15,556 bases of DNA. It comes from Octopus sinensis. Taxonomy: Eukaryota. A program made the translations under genes and the position numbers. The notes under the pieces were generated by a model. The model was not told the origin of the DNA. It was given only the letters and a program-made list of their open reading frames with translations, and made no database searches. This document shows positions 8,230 through 15,556 of this stretch, in pieces (positions within the stretch are counted from its first letter, which is position 1; each line of letters begins with the position of its first letter). Location of the stretch: NCBI RefSeq assembly GCF_006345805.1, contig NW_021825447.1:1-15556 (forward strand), written 5' to 3'.

Positions 8230-8789
8230 GGTGCTTTTTACGTGCCACCTGCACAGGTGCTAGACAGAGCTGGCAAACGGCCACGAACAGATGGTGCTTT
8301 TACGTGTCACCGGCACGGGGGCCAGGCGAGGCTGGCAACGGACACGAACGGATGGTGCTTTTACATGCCACCAACACGGGGGCCAGACAGAGCTGGCAAA
8401 CGGCCACGAAACGGATGGTGCTTTTACGTGTCACCGGCACGGGGGCCAGGCGAGGCTGGCAACAGACATGAATGGATGGTGCTTTTACGTGCCACCGACA
8501 CAGGAGTCAGACAGAGCTGGCAAACGGCCATGAACGGATGGTGCTTTTATGTGTCACCGGCACGGGGGCCAGGTGAGGCTGGCAACGGACGCGAACGGAT
8601 GGTGCTTTTACGTGCCACCGACACGGGGGCCAGACAGAGCTGGCAAACGGCCACGAACGGATGGTGATTTTACATGTCACCGGCACGGGGGCCAGGCGAG
8701 GCTGGCAACGGACACAAACGGATGGTGCTTTTACATGCCACCGACATGGAGGCTAGACGGGGCGGCGCCGGCAACGACCACGATTGGAT
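8230..8789. repeat. GC-rich minisatellite, nine 61-66-bp units in ABABABAB+C order (123-124-bp dimer)
   Basis: Units start with GGTG(C/A)TTTTA at 8230, 8293, 8354, 8417, 8478, 8540, 8601, 8663 and 8724. Confidence 0.95.
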
Positions 8790-8896
8790 GGTTCGCTTAA
8801 CCACAGCTGCAATTCCCACTGATGTTGATCGACCTCAATTTGGTTCTGCTTTCTGATATATGAATTGATTTGGCTTGATTTTGATTTTGACTGTTC

Positions 8897-9522
8897 TCAC
8901 TGGTCTTGCCGGGTTTTCTCACGCACAGCATACTTCCATAGGTCTCGGTCTCTGGTCATTTCCTTGGTGAGACCTAAAGTTCGAAGGTCATGCTTCACCA
9001 CCTCGACCCAGGTTTTCCTGGGTCTACCTCTCTTACAGGTCCCCTCAACTGCCAGGGTGTGGCACTTTCGCACACAACTATCTTCAGCCATTCTCGTCAC
9101 ATGACCATACCAGCGCAAAACGTCTCTCTTGCACACAACAACTGATGCTTCTTAGGTCCAACTTTTCTCTCAAGGTACTTACACTCCGATTATGAACACT
9201 GACATTACACATCCATCTGAGCATACTAGCTTCATTTCTTGCGAGCTTACGCAAATCCTCAGCAGTCACAGCCCAAGTTTCACTACAATGTAGCATGGCT
9301 GTACATACACATGCATCATACAGTCTGCCTTTTACTTTGAGCAAGAGGCCTTTTGTCACCATCAGGGGTAAGAGCTCTCTAAACTTTGCCCAGGCTATTC
9401 TTACTCTAGCAGTTACACTTTCAGCACACCCGCCCCCGCTACTGACTTGGTCACCTAGGTAGCGGAAGCTATCAACTACTTCTAGTTTTTCTCCCTGGAA
9501 CGTGGTAGAAGTTGGCTCTGCA
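8897..9522 (-). pseudogene. RTE-type reverse transcriptase C-terminal region
   Basis: EKLEVVDSFRYLGDQVSSGGGCAESVTARVRIAWAKFRELLPL...KGRLYDACV...SETWAV...MLRWMC...LRWYGHVTRM...KRGRPRKTW...DRDLWK. One frameshift near 9118. Confidence 0.92.
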
Positions 9523-9640
9523 TATTTTCAGAGTTTATTGCTCCTGAGCATCTGCCACAGATAAAAACTATTTTCCTAGTTAGTCTTCCTTTGACATTAC
9601 TACATCTTTATATATATATATATATTATATATATATATAT

Positions 9641-9997
9641 AGGTGCGCGCATGGCTGTGTGGTAAGAAGCTTGTCTCCCATTCACATGGTTCAGTCCCAC
9701 TGCAGGGCACTTGAGGAAGTGTCTTCTACTATAGCCTTGGTCTGACCAAAATCTTGTCAGTGGATTTGGTAGACAGAAACTGAAAGAAGACTGTCATATG
9801 TGTGTGTGTGGGGGGAGTGTCCAATGTTTCTAAGTTGGCATAACTTAGCAGTTTGGCAAAAGAGGTCAATAGAATAAGTACCAAGCTTTAAAAAATTATA
9901 TAAGTACTAGAGTTGATTCATTTGATGAAAAATTCTTCAAGGCAGTGCCCCAGCATGGCCGCAGTCTAATGACTGAAACAAGTAAAAGATAAAAGAT
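9641..9997 (+). mobile_element. SINE family A, diverged near-full-length copy
   Basis: Head, CORE-like segment and GAAACAAGTAAAAGATAAAAGAT tail match 3204-3604, with internal deletions. Confidence 0.88.
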
Positions 9998-10164
9998 GCC
10001 ATTATGAGTCATTAGAATTAGAGGGAGAGGTACCATGATGAATTACTAGAGGAATAGAGAGAGTGTGAGGTATGTCACTCTGTTGGACAAGGTACGGAAC
10101 AAAGAATTCCTCTGGTGTGTTGGTTCTGCCTTCTATGTGGGATATCCTTGTTGATGGAAATTTA

Positions 10165-10410
10165 AATTGGTTGGGACACATACACATGATGGACAACTGC
10201 AGACAACTCTTTTACTCCCAATCATACAAGTGGAAAAGAAATCATAGATCTAGATTCAGATTGAAAGATATTGGATAAAGGAATATGAAGCGGAATGGAA
10301 CTGATCATAAATAAATGGTAAGCGCAAATGAAAAACTGACCAGTATGGAGAAAGATTATCAAGTCATTCCAAAACCATGAACTATCATAGTTGTGATGAC
10401 CAACTGCAGA
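10165..10410 (+). pseudogene. Degraded RTE/BovB-like LINE 3' end
   Basis: NWLGHIHMMDNC-RQLFYSQSYKWKRNHRSRFRLKDI resembles the 'WxGHxxRMxxxRLPKQLLYxxLxxGKRxxGRPxxRxKD' C-terminus. The 3' sequence resembles 11104-11350. Confidence 0.7.
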
Positions 10411-10571
10411 TATTAATATAATGATATATGTTTATAAGTGTATATATATGTGTATAAATTTATATGTGTATATATATGTGTGTGTCTAAATTCATATTGG
10501 TTGGAACCATGTCCAGTAAGCTCACCGTCATCAATTCACTGTTTTCTTTTACAATAAAATAATTTTTAACT

Positions 10572-10974
10572 AGGCACAGAAGTGGCTGTATGGTAAGTAG
10601 CTTGCTTACCAGCCACATGGTTCTGGGTTCAGTCCCGCTGCGTGGCAACTTGGGCAAGTGTCTTCTACTATAGCCTTGGGCTGACCAAAGCCTTGTGAGT
10701 GGATTTAGTAGATGGAACTGAAAGAAGCCCGTCGTATATATGTATATATATGTGTGTGTGTGTTTGTGTGTCTGTGTTTGTCCTCCCAACATCGCTTGAC
10801 AACCGATGCTGGTGTGTTTACATCCCCGTAACTTAGCAGTTCGGCAAAAGACACCGATAGAATAAGTACTAGGCTTACAAAGAATAAGTCCTTGGGTCGA
10901 TTTGCTTGACTAAAGGTGGTGCTCCAGCATGGCCACAGTCAAATGATTGAAACAAGTAAACGAGTAAAAGAGTA
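10572..10974 (+). mobile_element. SINE family A, full length
   Basis: Colinear with 3204-3604 throughout, ending in a GAGTAAA repeat tail. Confidence 0.92.
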
Positions 10975-11103
10975 TTAATGGTGAGTTACTATCGATATAT
11001 TTTCTTGGTAAACTTTCCTCACGGTGAACTGTCTTCATGGTGAATCAGTGGTAGTGAACTTTCCCTGAGGTGAATTGACAGCAAGGAACTTACCTGTAAT
11101 AAG

Positions 11104-11350
11104 TTGGGATACGCACACAGGACGGACAACAGCAGACTGCCCAGACAACTCCTTTACTTCCAACTATGTAACAGGAAAAGAAACCAGGGAAATTTTAGAC
11201 AGGAATTCAAAGATACTGCAAAAAGGTATATGAATTGGAAAGAAAATGATCATGATAAATGGCAAAAAAGCAAATCAGTATGGGGAAAGTTTGACAAGTC
11301 ACGCCAAAGCCATAAACAGTTATAGTCACGACAAATGGCTGCAAAATGAA
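11104..11350 (+). pseudogene. Degraded RTE/BovB-like LINE 3' end, second copy
   Basis: GYAHRTDNSRLPRQLLYFQLCNRKRNQGNFRQEFKDTAKRYMNWK fits the same C-terminal motif. Confidence 0.75.
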
Positions 11351-12088
11351 AATAAATAGAGAGCGAGAGAGACACCACATGATATGTCAAGATGTTCAGC
11401 ATGGTGAGAGTTCCTCTAGATGTATCAACAAATCATTACTTTATCTCGTTAAATGGAAATTACTAAATGGAGAAATATCAGAAGAAATTGCATTCAGTTT
11501 CTCTGTAAACTATAATCTTGTTCCATCTATTGCCACCTATGTCAACAGAATGTTGTTGTTTCAAAGTACTACTGCAAGTATATCTGGTTAAGCAGAGATC
11601 AGACATCTTAGGATACAATTGGAACAAAGACCAAAATAGTAAGGTATCAGTGAATTTAGAAGAAAAAAAAATATTTAATAGTGTTTAATAAAATAAGTTG
11701 ATGCATTGCTTAAAAGTTCGATTAAGGGAGAAAAGAAAGAGAATAATAGTAATAAGTTATGTAGACAGTTTAGGATGGTAAATTATTGAAAACCTATCAT
11801 TTTGTGATGTCTTTAACTCTTCAGGTGTTCAGGTTATTCTGTCAAATGTAAGGCTTGTTTATTTGCATTGTTTTGAATTTACCATGGATTATCTCACAGC
11901 TTCAAAGCTTCAATGATGTGATTGGTTGCTTTTAGAATGATATTGTTGAGTAGGTGTGAAAGGACAGATCTGGCCAGTTTGAACATAAAACATATTTGGA
12001 CCATGATATGGTCCAAACATATTTGGACAGTTCGAACATAATTAGACCATGGTATGGTCAGTTTAAATGCTAAATGGATATGTGTATA

Positions 12089-12320
12089 TATTTCTTTACT
12101 ACCCACAAGGGGCTAAACACAGAGGGGAGAAACAAGGACAGACAAAAGGATTAAGTCGTTTAGATCGACCCCAGTGCGTAACTGGTACTTAATTTATCGA
12201 CCCCGAAAGGATGAAAGGCAAAGTCAACCTCGGCGGAATTTGAACTCGGAACGTAACGACAGACGAAATACGGCTATGAATTTCGCCCGGCATGCTAACG
12301 TTTCTACCAGCTCGCTGCCT
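12089..12320 (-). mobile_element. tRNA-derived SINE, family B (octopus OK/OR-type)
   Basis: Reverse complement of the copy at 13494-13732 (GGCxGCGAGCTGGTAGAAACGTTAGCA...GAGTTCAAATTCCGCCGAGGT...CCTTTCGGGGTC). Confidence 0.92.
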
Positions 12321-12324
12321 TATG

Positions 12325-12536
12325 ATATGGATATGTATATATATCTGCATGTATGTATGTATGCATGTGTGTGTGTGTGTGTGTGTATGCCTGTATGTAG
12401 GTAGGTAGGTGGGAGGGTAGGTAGGTTGGTAGTTAGGTGGGTGGGTAGGTAGGCAGGTAGGGAGGGAGTGAGGGAGGGAGGGAGGGAGGTAGGTAGGTAG
12501 ATAAGTAGGTAGGTAAATAGGTAGATAGGTAAGTAG
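12325..12536. repeat. (AT/GT)n followed by (AGGT)n/(AGGG)n tract
   Basis: Direct reading. Confidence 0.9.
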
Positions 12537-12621
12537 GAAGAGAACCCTTCACCCCACATTACCAAAAGGAAAAAGTCATGGGTTGGTAAGGAATTACCAG
12601 GGACCAATTTTCTGCTTAGAC

Positions 12622-12869
12622 TAGTGGTTCTCAACAGAAGTCCATATGATGCTTAGGGGGTCACTGTTAGATTTTTATGGTTAAATTTCTTGTGCAATAA
12701 ATTGGTCATTCTTCTATAATACACAAAACATTTTAAGAATATTTTTATACAATTCCTAGTAATATCTAATTATAAATTACAATAAGGCCTTTCTTTAAAC
12801 ATTGAAAGGCTATGAGGATCCATCCAATTAAAATTGGAATCATGGGATGAAAATGGTTGAGAAACATTG
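12622..12869. mobile_element. hAT (Charlie-like) non-autonomous MITE, 248 bp
   Basis: TIRs TAGTGGTTCTCAAC (12622-12635) and GTTGAGAAACATTG (12856-12869) match at 11/14. The flanking 8-mers GCTTAGAC and CCTAAGAC match at 6/8, consistent with a decayed 8-bp hAT TSD. Confidence 0.72.
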
Positions 12870-12986
12870 CCTAAGACATTACATGAATCAATTTGCAATA
12901 GAGGAGAAAAAAAGAAATATGCCCGCAGACAGGACTCAAAGATAATGTCAGGCAATTGCAGCTTGGTGCAATTCTCCGGCTTCCAA

Positions 12987-13197
12987 GTGGAGGTGCGTGG
13001 CTTAGTGATTAGGGTGTTGGACTCATTATTGTAAGATTGTGGTTTCGATTCCTGGACTGGGCAATGTTGACTCACCTGGCAAAAATTAATAATCCTGCAA
13101 TGGAACAGCATCCTATCCAGGTGGGAAATATATATACGCTATTGAAACCTGGAAACTGGCCCTCGTGAGTCAGCATAACTCAAGAAGGTAACTTTTT
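12987..13197 (+). mobile_element. tRNA-derived SINE, family C (apparently internally deleted)
   Basis: A-box-like TGGCTTAGTGATTAGG and B-box-like GGTTTCGATTCC in a tRNA-like head. The body resembles a recalled octopus SINE lacking its central segment. Confidence 0.65.
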
Positions 13198-13214
13198 TAC
13201 CCGGTTCCTTTAAA

Positions 13215-13441
13215 ACTGTTCAGCCTGTGCCAGTGAGGAAAATGGGCATCAAAAATTGATGATGGTGATGGTAGTGGTAGTGGTAGTGGTGGTGGTGGTG
13301 ATGACAATGACAATGATAATGTTGATGGTGATGATGACAATGATGATGATGATAATAATGATGACGATAATGTTGATGATGATGATGATGATGATGATGA
13401 TGACGACGACGACGACGACGACGATGATGATGATGATAATG
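13215..13441 (+). repeat. Diverged RTE LINE 3' tip plus expanded compound (GAT/GGT/AGT/GAC)n trinucleotide array
   Basis: 13215-13262 resembles the sense 3' end of the 8065 LINE (AACCGTCCAACCCATGCTAGCATAGAAAACGGACGCTAAATGATG). It is followed by ~185 bp of triplet repeats. Confidence 0.7.
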
Positions 13442-13493
13442 AAGATAGTACAGCTACCCATGAAGCAATATATATCCTCTTGTAGAGTTGCCG

Positions 13494-13732
13494 AAGGTGG
13501 CGAGCTGGTAGAAACGTTAGCACACCGGGCAAAATGCTTTGCGGTATTTCGTCTGCCGTTACGTTCTGAGTTCAAATTCCGCCGAGGTCGACTTTGCCTT
13601 TCATCCTTTCGGGGTCAATTAAATAAGTACCAGTTACACACTGGGGTCAATATAATCGATTTAATCCGTTTGTCTGTCCTTGTTTGTCCTCTCTGCGTTT
13701 AACCTCTTGTGGGTAGTAAAGGAATAGGTATT
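13494..13732 (+). mobile_element. tRNA-derived SINE, family B
   Basis: Colinear with 12089-12320 in the opposite orientation. Confidence 0.92.
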
Positions 13733-14424
13733 TATTATTATCCAAAATTAGGTACTATAAATTGTTTATGCTATTTAAATTGTACATGTCCACCAGATAA
13801 TTAGTCAGTGGCCTAGGTCAATATATACTTCATTAATTATGAATTACATATTACGTAATATATATTATTATAAATTTACATTTAAAAAAAAATTGTTAAC
13901 AGAATAATTTTCATTTACTTAATTTCATCATTTTTCGGCATTTGTCACTAAATTCAAAATTTACAAATTCTGCAATTTTATTAAAGCCAATCTCCCCACT
14001 GCACATAATATATGTGTACATGTGTGTGTTTGTGCACGTGTGTGTGTGTGTGTGTGTGTGTTCTACATTGTTGGTTCTCTGTTGGTAGTCTGACAGTTTT
14101 AAGTAGGTTACATGTGGAAGACAAGAATGACCTCGCTAATATTTATTTGAGTTTCCATATATTTATTTTTATTAACCCACATTGTTTATAGTTACACTTT
14201 ACATGTGTACATAGAATTGATTTAATGGATCAACCCACATTCATGAAGAAAAGAAAAACAAAAGAAACAAATATAATTATTAGGAATTAGTCTTCTGTAA
14301 TACAAAATGCTTGATAATATATATATATATATGTGTGTGTGTGTATATATATATATATACACATGAAAGTTGATAGTTACTGAAAATGAAATATGTAAAA
14401 ATTGTTAAACCACCCCAGACTCAG

Positions 14425-14600
14425 TGTGGCCATGTGGTAAAATGTTTGTTTCCCAATCACATGGTTTTTGGGTTCAGTCCCACTGTGGAATGTGTCTTGT
14501 ATTATAGTCCCACCTTGGGGATGTGACTTTTATTATAGTTTTGGACTAACTAAATCTTTGTGAGTGGATTAGGTTGGTGGAAAATGAAAGAAGATCGTTA
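14425..14600 (+). mobile_element. SINE family A, old degraded 5' half
   Basis: GTGGCCATGTGGTAAAA...GGGTTCAGTCCCACTG...TTGTGAGTGGATT...GAAAGAAG match the family A head. Confidence 0.75.
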
Positions 14601-14602
14601 TA

Positions 14603-14648
14603 TTCTTTTATCCTTTTACATGTTCCAGTCATTTGACTGTGGCCATAC
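14603..14648 (-). mobile_element. SINE family A 3' tail fragment, inverted
   Basis: The reverse complement reads GTATGGCCACAGTCAAATGACTGGAACATGTAAAAGGATAAAAGAA, matching tails at 3551-3600 and 10928-10974. Confidence 0.75.
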
Positions 14649-15020
14649 AGTTTCAACTCAAGAGCTGCAGCTGTGTTGGGGTACACATTTCATTCACAAA
14701 TACAAATTATAAAGGAATAGGAAATACTTTTACATATCTATCTAACACGTAAAACTATGTAACTCCTATTAGCAAATGTAACACGTGTAACGGTGAATAA
14801 ATGCTGAAAATGAATTTCCAATGTCCTGTCTTGTTATACAAGAATTCTGCAAAAAAAAATATTTCCATAATTCTTAATTTTAATATGTATTTTGCACTAA
14901 CACACAGCACCAACTGAGACTACATATGGGATTATAATTATAGAATAAACAGATGTAATATAAGAGGATACACCTGAGAAGTGCCCTAACTACTTATATT
15001 ATATGATATATATATATATA

Positions 15021-15190
15021 TCATCATCATCATCATCATCATCGTTTAACATCCGCTTTCCATGCTAGCATGGGTTGGACGGTTCAACTGGGGTTTGGGA
15101 AGCCCGAAGGCTGCACCAGGCCAGTCAGATCTGGCAGTGTTTCTACAGCTGGGTGCCCTTCCTAACGCCAACCACTCCGTGGTGAGTGTA
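15021..15190 (-). mobile_element. RTE LINE 3'-terminal fragment with (GAT)n tail
   Basis: Aligns with 8065-8226, including the (CAT)n run. Confidence 0.92.
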
Positions 15191-15201
15191 TATAAGCTTC
15201 C

Positions 15202-15203
<2 letters not shown>

Positions 15204-15246
<43 letters not shown>
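15204..15246. repeat. (TA)n microsatellite
   Basis: Direct reading. Confidence 0.95.
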
Positions 15247-15248
<2 letters not shown>

Positions 15249-15556
15249 GGTCAGGGGTGCATAAGTCCAAAAAGTAAGCACACTGAAGAACTTTTTGAGC
15301 AGTAATATTTTATGAAGTTGTTGCTTATGGTCAGTCAGAGAGTTACCATTGCTTTCATATCTTTTATTGCACTTAACAATATAGGTGATTCATCAGACCT
15401 GGTGGCAAGAAGAACATGATCTCTTTACTAATGTATGTAAAAATACAGTACTGATTAGCTTGGTGTTGAAAAAAAGAACCCTGGAACAAAAATATTCAAA
15501 GCAAAACCCCTTCTGGAAGAGACAGAGTTGCCTCCTTTTCAATGGTTCCAGTTGTT

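Larger units (their letters stand above)
8065..9522 (-). mobile_element. 5'-truncated RTE-clade non-LTR retrotransposon with (GAT)n tail
   Basis: RT C-terminal coding at 9522-8897, a long 3' UTR, and a tail seen as (CAT)n at 8065-8083. The same 3' end recurs at 15021-15190. Confidence 0.92.

Noticed and set aside
8113-8800. Repetitive Cys/Trp/Arg-rich ORFs, and a CRISPR-like look to the ~61-bp units
   Set aside because: The units are contiguous tandem repeats with no unique spacers, inside a eukaryotic LINE 3' UTR. The ORFs simply translate the minisatellite.
11346-11591. 81-aa ORF as a possible host exon (also 11894-12106 and 12770-13111)
   Set aside because: No recognisable homology, and composition matches the AT-rich background. 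12770-13111 crosses a MITE and a SINE.
13197-13702. Poly-Met/Val/Ser/Ile ORFs on both strands
   Set aside because: Frames of a trinucleotide array plus a SINE; not genes.

Overview
AT-rich eukaryotic intergenic or intronic DNA with no supportable host gene. It is built almost entirely from transposable elements and microsatellites. The SINE and LINE families resemble those I recall from Octopus genomes (recall, not a database search). Main contents: (1) an internally deleted Tc1/mariner element (343-1651) split by a complete 777-bp non-autonomous Helitron (615-1391); (2) a ~430-bp foldback element (1813-2241); (3) a decayed Penelope-like element (RT + GIY-YIG, 5791-7930) with inverted terminal repeats, each carrying an identical minimal hammerhead ribozyme fold with a compensatory U3-A8 core, plus a three-piece inverted 5' junction; (4) a 5'-truncated RTE-clade LINE (8065-9522) whose 3' UTR holds a strictly alternating 61/62-63-bp minisatellite; (5) other LINE 3' relics, at least three tRNA-derived SINE families, a hAT-type MITE, and an unexplained 111-nt hairpin (5487-5597). 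Most ORFs in the supplied track are artefacts of simple repeats.
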